DNA of 64,000 bases. It comes from Chiloscyllium plagiosum (lineage: Eukaryota). The stretch lies in the NCBI RefSeq assembly GCF_004010195.1, contig NC_057711.1, forward strand, positions 78,769,738 to 78,833,737, written 5' to 3'. The notes beneath the pieces were generated by a model that was given only the letters and a program-made list of their open reading frames with translations, searched no databases and was not told the origin of the DNA. A program made the translations under genes and the position numbers. This document shows positions 53,127 through 64,000 of this stretch, in pieces. Numbering within the stretch: position 1 is the first letter of the stretch; each line of letters opens with the position of its first letter.

Positions 53127-54567
53127 TAGAGTCATACAGTCATAGAGATGTACAGCATGGAAACAGACCCTTCGATCCAATTCGTCCATGCCGACCAGAT
53201 ACCCGAACCTAACTTAGTCCCATTTGCCAGCACTTGGTCCATATCTCTCTAAACCCATGCAGATGCCTTTTAAATGTTGCAGTTGTACCAGCCTCCACCA
53301 CTTCCTCTGGCAGCTCATTCCATACACGTACCACCCTCTGGGAGAAAGAGTTGTCCCTTAAGTACCTTTACATCTTCCCCCTCTCACCCTAAACCTATGC
53401 CCTTTAGTTCTGGAATTTCCCACCCCAGGGAAAAGATTTTGTCTATTTATCCTATCCATGCCCCTCATGATTGTATTACCTGTATAGGGTCACACCTCAG
53501 CCTCCGATGCCCCAGGGAAAACAGCCCCAGCCTATTCAACCTCTCCCTATCACACCAATCCTCCAACCCTGGCAACATCCAGATGTGGGCGGCACGGTGG
53601 CACAGTGGTTAGCACTGCTGCCTCACAGCGCCAGAGACCCGGGTTCAATTCCCGACTCAGGCGACTGACTGTGTGGAGTTTGCACATTCTCCCCGTGTCT
53701 GCGTGGGTTTCCTCCGGGTGCTCCGGTTTCCTCCCACAGTCACAAAGATGTGCGGGTTAGGTGAATTGGCCATGCTAAATTGCCCATAGTGTTAGGTTAA
53801 AGGGGGTAAATGTAGGGGTATGGGTGGGTTGCGCTTCGGCGGGTCGGTGTGGACTTGTTGGGCCGAAGGGCCTGTTTCCACACTGTAAGTAATCTAATCT
53901 AATCTAATCTAATCTAATCCTTGTAAATCTTTTCTGAACCCTTGCAAGTTTTAGAACATCCTTCCAATAGGAAGGAGACCAGAATTGCATGCAATATTCC
54001 AAAAGTGGCCTAGCTAGTGTCCAGTACAGCCACAACATGCCTACCCAACTCCTATACTCAATGCTGTGACCAATAAAGGAAAGCCTACCAAAGGCCTTCT
54101 TCACTATGCTATCTACCTGCGGCTCTACTTCCAATAAACTATGAACCTGCACTCCAAGGTCTCTTTGTTTAGGAACACTCCCCAGGACCTCACCATTAAG
54201 TGTATGAGTTCTTAATGGTGAGGATTTGCTTTTCCTCGCATTAAATTAAACTCCATTTGCCTCTCCTCAGTCCATTGGCTCATCTGATCAAGATTCCATT
54301 TTACTCTGAGGTAACCTTCTCCGCTGTCTAATACACCTTCAATTTTGGTGTCATCTGCCAATTTATTAACTATGCCTCCTATATTCATATCCAAATCATT
54401 TGTATAAATGATGAAAAGCAGTGGACGCAGCACCAATCCTTGTGGCACACTACCGGTCACAGATCTCCAGTCTGAAAAGCAATCCTGCACCATCACCCAT
54501 TGTCTTCTCCCATTGAGCCAGTTTCCAAATAGCTAGTTCTCCCTGTATTCCATGAGATATAACCATG
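53127..54567 (-). mobile_element. CR1 3' half, interrupted by a SINE
   Basis: SVPQGLVL, NKLADDTKI, LEYCMQFWSP..LARVQKRFTR; 3' UTR. Confidence 0.92.
53587..53918 (+). mobile_element. HE1-type SINE (young, full-length)
   Basis: Complete A/B boxes, core, (aatct)5 tail. Confidence 0.96.
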
Positions 54568-55595
54568 AGGAGATAAAATAGTCTTTTTCATATCTTCATG
54601 GATCCTGCTGTTCACAGATTTATTAAATAATTCCCACTTTAATCACATTTTGCTGAATGATTCTGTAAACATGCAATGTATATCTAGTTGTCAAAAATCC
54701 ATTCATCCTATTGTGGTGTGAGATTAAGAGTCTTTTCTGTGAGGGTCTCAGGATATACTGTTCCAATTGTACTGCACACAGACCTGCAGAATTCTTTACC
54801 AGTGAAAATGTGCTGGCTGCACCTTTAAGGAATGGGAACAACTTGCGGTACATGAAAGCACCAGGCTGGCCTGAAGGTGTCTTAATAGTCACATGCATCA
54901 ATGGGAAGGTAACTGGGATAGTCATCTTTGAGATACTGGCATAGAGTAATCTTAATGCAGTTGGAGCTGATCTCCCTTGCCATCATATCATATAGACATC
55001 ACTGTCTGTTGAAATAATTGCAATCTTCAAAGTCACTGGATCTGGGATAGCTTCAGGTATTTGAGCTTCTGCCTATATTCACATCTCACTGCTGCTAACG
55101 GGTTTTGCAGCATAAAGTAATCAATAGAGAAATGGGTGATTTATAGGCGGTGGTAAAGAGATAAAAAAAACCATGGATGATTTGTGTGTAAGAGCGCTCC
55201 TGGAAATAAACAGAGGAAAGAAACATATTGTCATCCCACAGAGTAAGCTTGTCTCCATTTGTAGCTGGTTGTCTGGGTTTTCAGGGTGTGCAGCAGCACT
55301 GGGTTCCTCCTTTGCCTGGCTCGCAGATTGTAATTGGCCATGGCTCACTGCCATCCACTCTCTCCTTCTCTTCATTTCCCAAAAGAGGATCAGTCTTTAG
55401 TGGAGCAGGCAATTTCCATGGGGTCCTTTACCTCAGTTTTATCCAATTCTCACAAGGCTTCCGTTGGGCTAAAAAACAGACAAGTGATCCCTTTTAATAA
55501 TCATCCTTGTCATGTTTCACAAGGTCATAACTGATTTAATTAAAAAAAATGTATTAGGTAGGGGGTGCCCCTGAATTTGATGTCTGCTTGCCCCC

Positions 55596-56920
55596 TGATG
55601 TAACTCCATGGAGGCTGGTATCCCATCACCGAGTCACCCCTTATTTTCATGGGCAAAGTACATGGGCTCTAACCAGCTAACTCAGAACTGTCACTAGAGC
55701 AGAATCCCTGAGACTCCTGTTTTTTTAAAATTTTATTAAACAGTACACAGTTTACAAAACAATTAACATTAACAAAGCCAGGCCCCAAACCCTACCGTTA
55801 AACCAGTTTTCAGGGAAATGAGGACAAACCTCAAATCCCAATTTCACTCATTACGAAACAATAACAATGACATTTGTCCATACAAGACAATCAAATTACA
55901 TAAAAAACAATGCATAAAACAACAGGCCTCAGAAACCCTGCAAGTATCCCCCCGTCCCTCCCACCTTCCAGCCACTCCAAGGCAGCCCGCCCCTACACAC
56001 CTTTCAGTTCTCGGTCCACCCTGACACACCTGAGAATTTTGTTTTTTTAATTTTATCAAGTAATTCACAGTTTACAAAACAATTAACATTTGCAGCAGTA
56101 TACAGAGAAACAGCAATTTTACAAGGGAGAAGAGCAGCAAAGCCAGGCCCCAAACCTTGCTATTCAACCAGCTTTCAGGGAAATGAGAACCCTCAAATCC
56201 CAGTTTCAATCATTACAAAACAGTAACAATGACATTTGTACATACAAGACAGTCCGATTACATAAGAAAAGTGCATACAATATGGACCCCCAGAAACCCA
56301 GGAAGCCCCCCCTCCCCCCAGTCCCTCCCACCTTCTGGCCACTCGAAGGCAGCCCACCCCTACCCATCTTCCAGCTCTCGGTCCACCCCATGCCCCTTCC
56401 AGTTCTCGGTCCGCCCTGACATACCTGAGACTGTTGTTTATAATATTTTATTAAACAAATTACAAAACAATTTACAAAGAACAGTTAACATTTACAGCTG
56501 TATACGACAGCAATTTTACAAGGGAGAGGAGCAGCAAAGCTGGGCCCCAAACCCTACTGTTCAGCCAGTTTACAGGGAAATGAGGACAAACCACAAATCC
56601 CAGTTTCAAATATAAAAAGACAACAACAATGACCTTTATACATAAGACAATCCAGTTACATAAAAAAAAGTGCAGACAATACAGACCCAGCAAGCCCCCG
56701 TCCCTCCCACCTTCCAGCCACTCTAAGGCAGCCCGCCCCTACCCACCTTGCGGCTCTCGGTCCACCCCATGCCCCTTCCAGTTCTCGGTTCGCCCTGACA
56801 CACCTGAGACTCTTGTTTATATCTGTCAGCCAGGGCTTCTTGATTGGACAAGTTAACAGCTCAATCAGGGAACTCATACTCAATGAGATCTACCTGGCCA
56901 AACTCATTCCAATCACTATA
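55596..56920 (-). mobile_element. Short solo LTR (about 230 bp net) split by a three-unit array
   Basis: Minus strand tatagtgattgg...tataaacaagagtc...gagttacatca; flanks ccccc/cctcc. Confidence 0.65.
55723..56802 (-). repeat. Three head-to-tail copies (306, 379, 363 bp) of an AATAAA/A-tailed non-coding element separated by copies of a 16-bp target
   Basis: Units 55723-56028, 56045-56423, 56440-56802; cctgagactcctgttt-like repeats at 55707, 56029, 56424, 56803. Confidence 0.85.
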
Positions 56921-57559
56921 CCTCCCATAAAATGATCAACTGACTTTATGATTCTGAACTCATGTTACAATAGTGCATTTTATGGTTCGGTGTGACACTC
57001 ACCCAATCCAAGGGGTTTAAATTCATGTGCATGTTGGGAAAGAGGAAAATTGGAGGGTGATGCAAAGTAGCTGAATGTATTAAAAAGCATCATTTTTGAG
57101 CCATTATTTATCATTCAGTGAAAAAGCATCTGATTAATTGAATTTGCTGCATGTTCAGGGTGGCAGCCTTTTACAATGTTTGCTATCTTATTTACTTTCA
57201 GAGATGTGTTAGCAGTGAGACAGACAATGAAGGACAGCCATTGAGTCATTACATTTTAGTTTTCTGGTTCATCAAGCTTGATGCAGGGCAGAAGGAGGCC
57301 ACTCAGCCTATAGTATTTGTGCCAGTTCTCCAAATGAGTGTCTTACCTGATGCCATTCTCCTACCATCTCCCTATAGTCCTGTACATTCTTCATTTTCAA
57401 ATAACCATCTAATTTCCCTTTGAATGTCTTGATTGAATCTGCATCCATCGCACTCTCAGGGCATTTTTGACCCTAAGCAGTCACTGCATGGAAAATCTTT
57501 TCCTCACGTCATTGTTCCTTTTTTATGAATCGGTGCCCGCATTTTTTATCCTTTCATAG

Positions 57560-59000
57560 GTGGGAACATGACTCCCATAAAGCTGAGACTATTTGCATAG
57601 TACATTCAACAGAAACGTTAAAACCACACAAAGTTTCCTCTGTGATGGAGATAAGGTGGGCACAGATGATAGCTACTTTCCCCATCCTACACAAAATCAG
57701 GGTTTATACCGTAATCACATCTGTTGACTACAGTGTATTGGGTGAATGTAGCTGTAGAAAACGTGATGTTTCTCTTGTACGACTCCAATGTTTCTTTCAT
57801 GGTAAATCTGCATTTCTCTTTCCCTACAATTATGGGAATAACTAACACTACTCATATCAATATTCCACCTTTAGCCACACAATCAGCCTTGGCCAAATAC
57901 ACGTGTTAATCTCCTGCATTGGGAACTAGTCACATCATTGATCCTGATATGAAGCTGTTGAGCTAGTCATTAGTGATCCAGAAGGAACTTCCCCCAAATG
58001 TATCTATTGCAAATTTTCCTGGCTCTGCTCTACTGCTCAGTGACCTCATGTAAAACAAACATCATTTTGTGCCAGTTGCTCCTCATGCAGCCTCTGGGCC
58101 TTGAGCAATGTGTTAATTGTTATTGCCAGGTAGGGATTGACCTTGGGACCCTAGTTACTGGAAATTCTGTCATTCCTCCATCAGGATCTACTGGCCTGAC
58201 TTCAAGATTCCCTTTAACTGGGCCATAGGGTCCTAACCTTTTATATAGATTAGCCAAATTTATGCAGTTAATCACTGGCACTCATGTATTAAAACCAGTC
58301 ATCAGATCATTGACCGATTCCCCTCTTTTTTGTCATAATCTTCTCTTCCTCAGATTTGGCCTCAAGGCTGATACCTGCTTACCAGGCCAGATCTCTTTCA
58401 GAGTAAAGGTCTACTTTTTACTTAATGCACTTCCTCCATAACCTTCCGTTAAGGCCCTACATGCTTTTCCCATTGTCTCTTTTTCAAATAAGGAGTTACT
58501 TTCCTCAACACTGCAGCTTCTGCATTATTAGTGGCCAGAGGATCAAATTCCTCAAGTATAGCCTGAATATATATTAAAGCAACACGTGTAAGTTCATTTC
58601 TGCATTTGACAGCCCCAGGAATGGCTGTCTAAAATCGATCCACATTTGAAACAGGAGACTCTTTCGGCCTTGTTGGAAATTATCTAAGAGCTTGGTCGGT
58701 ATTCCCTGAATGCCATCCATGGCATCTAGCACATCAGTTTGCAGTGCAACATATTTCTTCATTCCTTGTTTAGGAGTAGTGGGGAGCACAGCAAACAGGC
58801 TACTGGATAAGGTAGATAAAAACACTTTTTAGTTACTCCAAATTATGGGGGAAAGCTGTCTGATCCAACTCCTGGAAATATCGGAACAGGTCCTTCCCAA
58901 AGTCTAATTAATGAAGGTTTCAGCCATTCTTCATAATTGTACAGGGGTATATGGTACCATGTAATCATGTTCTATTATCCCATCCAGCCTATTTGAACCT
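57560..59000 (-). pseudogene. Decayed endogenous retrovirus-like gag (MHR-like) and env/fusion-glycoprotein-like frames
   Basis: QQGR(K)ESPVSNVDRF across a frameshift at 58632-58675; TINTLLKAQRLHEEQLAQNDVCF..NLQ.IHLGEVP(S)WI..NIGVV..LCRMGKVAIICAHLISITEETLCGFNVSVECTMQI at 57560-58140. Confidence 0.5.
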
Positions 59001-59899
59001 GGTTTATGTTGGCTCTGTATCACAGGGACTATCGGTTGGTATTTACAGGTGTTCTGGGATGAGGTCCATACACTTGACTGTCCAGTACCCTGAACATCCC
59101 TGCTGTCATCCTCTGACTAGCTCAGAGCCTCCTGTAGTTTATCCACTTTATCCTGAAATGATTCTCCTCCTGATATTGTCTTCAAGACTTTTCTTTGACC
59201 AGGCTCTGATAAGCAATTTTCAGGTCTGCCCATTGCTATTCTAAATCCTCAGCTCTGCAGCATTGTGAAAATTCCTTTTCTTTCAGACTGTCATGGTACT
59301 GTTGATCATTGATACACTGACTTTCAACAAATTGCAATCAGCTATACCATTTCTCTGTTCCTCACTCATATTTGTTTGATTCCTCTATTTGTTCCCACTT
59401 CCCCTCCTCATGTTGCTTCAATAACTTTTCTACAACTTCCATCCTCCCTTCTAGTTTTCGTCCAGTTCCTTTATCTCTTGTGGTGAATTATTTTCTTTCC
59501 TTTGCAATGTTATTAACCAAATGGCCTTTCTCATTCATGCCTTACAAGTAGACCCCTGAGTCCACTCATTGGCTTTCTGGACTGGATTCTCACTGTTCAA
59601 AATAGTCTGGACACACCATTCCTTAAATGGATTCTCTGCCATATCTACAAAAATTGCCTCTTCCATTACCTAGCCTGGTTATTTCTTTATCTTCAATCCT
59701 CCTGGCTGGCTCGCCAATAATCATTCTCATTTCTCCTGATCCTTCAGGTTTATTCTGGATATCAGTAACTCAAGGAAGTTCTAACAATGAAATATTCCCA
59801 ATGTCCTTTAATAAAGCAAAGTAAAAAAATTCTTATCTTATGAATAAAATACTTACTATTACAAGTGATATTTTCAGATGAGCTTGTCCCAAAGATCAG

Positions 59900-60178
59900 A
59901 CCAGAACAGATGATCAACGTGCTCTGTTCCAACTTCAAAGTCACATTCAAGAACAGCTTCTTCCCCATTGTTATCAGATTTTTGAATGGACCTCTCAAAT
60001 GTTAATGTTGGTCTCTCTCTCTCTGCATCTTCTCTGCAGCTGTAACACTGTATTCTGCACTCTGTTCTACTATCCTGATGCACTTTGTATGGTATGATCT
60101 GCCTCTCGAGCTTGCAAAACAACACTTTTCACTGTATCTCAGTGCATGTGACAAAAATAAATCAAATCAAATCAAATC
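59900..60178 (+). mobile_element. Rex1/Babar-type 3' end with (AAATC)n tail
   Basis: aagaacagcttcttcccc..gttatcaga..ttgaatggac, as in the reverse complement of 26925-26975; aataaatcaaatcaaatc. Confidence 0.78.
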
Positions 60179-61139
60179 ATTGTTGGTCAATAGACCTTCC
60201 CTCAAGCTAGCTAAATTTTTACTGTGAGGCAAGCTGTTTTTATATTGTTTCCATATAAAGAAAGCTTCAAAAGAATATTTGAAGTCTTTTACATGATCCA
60301 ATTTTCAGAAAATGAACAATCTGACCGTTAACAAATGTCACAAATGTGTCATGTGTTCCACATCAATTTGATCAATTAACTCAGAAAGACTTGCCTGTGT
60401 CTCCTTGGAAAAAAACACATCTTTTGCACTGAATAAACTTTGACATGATACTTTAGCTTACAATTGCTGTTCACCACTTAAATGTGATCTAATCAATTGT
60501 ATGATATTTACACAGCACAACTCCATGACAATCACAGTTTCAAAAATGATAAATAGTCCACATTATCATATCTTATTCACTGTATCTGTATTTTAAAAAT
60601 ACTTCAGCTGTTCCAGTGTAACTGTGACCATTCAGTCCATTATTGTTGAGCTACAAGGCTTGATGTAAGCAAATACACACATTACCGTAGCCTAAACACA
60701 AACACTGTAACAAGCTGTGATCTCTCTCATTAGTAGGTCATCACCAAGTTTCATATATTTTCTCCTCATCTCACCACACTTCTCAACAAAAGCATAAAAG
60801 GTGGAGTAAATTGCTCCCAACGTCAAGATAGGTCTCACTGGACTTGACCATTTCTACCATCAACTTTCCCTAGTCCATTTCCCCCGTCCCTTTTAAATGT
60901 TTTACTATGAAAGATAAAGTATAGATGTTGGTCAGTCACTGGAAGAACTGTTCTGCTTTGAACAGTATTGTGGGATCATTGTCATTCATCTAGGTTAGGT
61001 GGGACGTTGGTTTAATGTTTCATCTGAAAGAAGAAAAGTTAAGGGAGGAGAAGAGATGTATGCAGTCAGCCAGAGAATAATCAGCCATTTGAAATCCAAT
61101 GAGTAAGAGCAGACAGGCTAGGTTGATGGATAAAATGAA

Positions 61140-61350
61140 GAACAGCAGATGGCTGGAGATCTGAAACAAAAACAGAAGTGCTGGAGAAACTCAGTCTGTC
61201 TGGCAGTGTCATTGGAGACACAAATAGAGTGATTTGAGCCCAGTGACCCCTTGTCAGTACAATTCTGACAAAGGGCCATTGGAATCAAAATGTTAACTCT
61301 GTTCTTCTCTCCACAGATGCTGCTAGACCTGATGAGTTTCTCTCGTGATT
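61140..61350. mobile_element. Old degenerate fold-back PLE-terminus element
   Basis: gagaaactcagtctgtctggcag ... ctgctagacctgatgagtttctc inverted arms around a decayed hammerhead pair (about 61230-61295). Confidence 0.65.
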
Positions 61351-62249
61351 TCTCTCTATGTTAATGGATGTTTCATTTCCAGAGCATTGGCTTAAATCTT
61401 CTGGTGCATGCATCATTGAGATTGGAAATGCATTTGGGAGATATGCATCAAGATCCGACAGAAATCATGATGCAGACACCAGAGCTGAAAGTTTTTATAG
61501 ACTGTTTTTTGCCTTCAAGAATCCTTTGCAAATATAAAACCTTGAGCCAGGTAGGCAAAACTATCATAGGAATGTTGCACTGGTTGATACCTGTCCTGAA
61601 TTATAAAAAGAAATATCTGCATTTATGGAGTACTTTTCATAACCTCAAAATATTCTAAAGTAATTGTGAAACTAGCAGTGTTTGTATACTATGAATATTT
61701 TCTCAGAAGTCAGACAGCTGGAATAATTCCAATAGTTAATTAAAAAATAATGCAATTTGACTGTGTAAATAATTGCCTATTACTGGTATCCCATGATTAG
61801 TTTTAGTGAAAGACTAAACCAGCTGCCAACAACCTTTAAACGTCTTAATTCAACATTATTTGAAAAAGATGCCCACAGCCGCCAGATTTCCTCAGGTTTT
61901 CCTTTGGACCCTGATCACATTTCTGGCAGAAGTCTGGTAGAAAATCTGGAAAATGCTTGGATCCAGGAATTCTCAGCTAGGCCTGTGTGTGATGGCACCT
62001 TTATTTATTCTTTGCAAACCTAATGACATCCGTGTCTGGTAAAGTGAGCAGAAACGCTGAAAATAGAATCATACCAAAGTCACGGATATTGTGTTCTGGT
62101 GGGGGAAGGAGTAGGGGAGGGTGGGGGTAAGAGATGTTAGGAGGATGTTATGTAGGTTGGGGAGTGCCTGAAAGAAAGACAGAGGCAGAGTGATTTAAGG
62201 AGAGTATTCCGTGGAGTGGATCTCAATCAGCTGAAGGCACAGAAACAGA

Positions 62250-62805
62250 GACACTTAGAAAATAAGTCCAGGAGTAGGCTATTCGGCCTTCTGAGCTTGC
62301 ACTACCATTCAATATGATCATGGCTGATCATGCAATCTCAGTATCCCATTCCCGCTTTCTCTCCATATCCCTACATCTCTTTAACTTCAAGGGCCATGTC
62401 TAGCTCCCTCTTGAGTATATCTGATGAATTGGCCCCAACAGCTTTCTGTGGTAGATAATTCCACAGGTTCACAACTTTCTGAGTGATGAAAGTCTTCCTC
62501 ACCTCAGTCCTGAATGGCTTACCCCTTTTTCTGAAACTGTGACCCCTAGTTCTGGACTTCCCCATCATCGGGAACATTCTTCCCACATATAGCCTATGGT
62601 GTCCAATCAGGATTTTATATGTTTCTAAATTCTAGTGAGTACAGGTCCAGTTGATCCAATCTTTCCTCATATGCCAATTGAGAATCAGCCTGGTGAACCT
62701 TCAGTGGACTCTCACAATAGCAAGAATGTCTTTCCTCAGACTAGGAGGCCAAAACCGCACACAATAGCGAAGGTGTGGCCTCACGAAGGCCCTGTATAAC
62801 TGCAA
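62250..62805 (-). mobile_element. CR1 3' fragment (different subfamily)
   Basis: MFPMMGKSRTRGHSF..FRTEVRKTFITQKVVNLWNYLPQ. Confidence 0.9.
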
Positions 62806-62809
62806 CAGT

Positions 62810-63560
62810 GGCTAGGCAAAGGAAGAAATGTTTGAAAAAGAGGCCAGTATTGAGAAAAACAGAAAGTTTGTAAACTTGGAGTAGGTTAAAGATGTAGAAA
62901 GGGGCAAATCCATGGAGTGATTTGAATATATGAATGAGAATTATTAAATTTTTAGTGATCAGAGAGAACAGGAGTGATATGATTTGCAGACCGTAGAACT
63001 TTGCATGAATTCAGGTTTACAGAGGGTGATAGAAGAGAGGTTAGACAGGAAATCAATGGAATAGTCATTTTGGAAGGAAACTATGGAATGAATGCAAGTT
63101 TCATTGGCAGATTACTTAGGCAGAGCACAAAGGTAAAAGTAGCTAATCTTTTTAATGGACAGGAGATGGAACTGGAAGCTCAGCTCAGATTCAGTTGGAA
63201 ACTGAAATTGCAAACATTCTGGTATAAGCTGAAGCATGTGCCAGGAAATGGAACAGAGTTATAGTGATAACTAAGGATAAAAGCTTGGGTTTCTCTCACG
63301 TTTAACTGGAGAAAATTGCATTTCATCCAGTTCTGAATGATAGGCAACCAATCTGACAATTCAGAATAATGAAGGAATGAAGAGAGGTAGTGGTGAGATA
63401 CAGAATTGTCTCTCGAGTCCATTTTGAATCTGATGTCATTCTTTGTAAGAGATCACCTCGGAGTGGTATTGAGATAAAAAAACAGAAGAGATTCAAGAAT
63501 GGATTCTTGGGTTAATTCAGAGGTAATGATATGGGGACAGACAAAAAACAACAATTGTGG
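62810..63560 (-). mobile_element. Old L2 LINE RT relic
   Basis: LSDWLPIIQNWMKCNFLQLNVRETQ matches the L2 I..WM..NFL.LN..KTE motif. Confidence 0.65.
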
Positions 63561-64000
63561 GAATTTAAAATAAGAATGCAACATGATGCCGGAATGCATG
63601 TGAACTGTGGGCTATACGCTACCCCTTTGGGAGGGAAAGCAGTAGATAGCAGAGAGTTGTTTAATGTTATCTGTAGCAAATGTAAAGCCAGAATGGCAAA
63701 AATGCATAGTTTTGAAAATAATCCACCAGATGGGGCCAATGATCTTTCAAAACATATTAATACCTGCTCTTAGACTGCACATGTACAAATCAGTAGAAGT
63801 GTCCCATTATTATGTTCTGGTTGAACTATCAGTTGTCAGTTGATTAAACTAAAAAAAAATTCCTAGGCAATTCTTTTAATGGTCCGCCATACTATGCCTT
63901 TGTTTAAATCGTCTTTTTCTAACACCCTATCCCCTTTCCTGGCACATCAGTTCCATAAGAGTAAGACAGAAATGATCAGGTCCACTGCCAATGTTATTTT

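Noticed and set aside
53587..53660. tRNA gene
   Set aside because: A/B boxes belong to the SINE head and run straight into SINE core and tail; the same holds for all copies
55707..56818. CRISPR-like repeat-spacer array
   Set aside because: The spacers are 300-380 bp homologues of each other, context is vertebrate, and no cas genes are present
56921..56932. Polypurine tract next to the LTR, implying an attached internal region
   Set aside because: Better explained as the TSD (ccccc/cctcc) of a solo LTR
60930..61030. Deu-domain SINE remnant (similar hints at 17200-17400 and 24070-24140)
   Set aside because: Too short and diverged to support from sequence alone

Overview
Vertebrate non-genic DNA, almost certainly from a shark (HE1-type tRNA-SINEs with (TAATC)n tails and matching CR1/HER1-like LINEs). 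Most of the window is nested transposable-element debris: CR1 LINEs of several ages, L2-like and Rex1/Babar LINEs, Penelope-like elements (PLEs), about ten HE1-type SINEs, TA-inserting Tc1/mariner-pogo (Tigger-like) MITEs, a hAT MITE, Harbinger transposase relics and solo LTRs. Two assembly gaps lie inside young CR1 copies. I found no intact host gene or confident exon, and the long ORFs in the track are TE fragments or N-gap artefacts. Most notable signals: (1) many tiny (80-740 bp) PLE-terminus insertions with minimal hammerhead ribozyme cores, often fold-back palindromes, each with an 11-16 bp target-site duplication; (2) a 162-bp direct duplication enclosing only 20 nt of PLE terminus; (3) three poly(A)-type units stacked at one 16-bp target next to an LTR TATA box; (4) decayed gag-like and fusion-glycoprotein-like reading frames suggesting an unusual endogenous retrovirus. 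Family names come from motif recognition by eye; no database searches were run.
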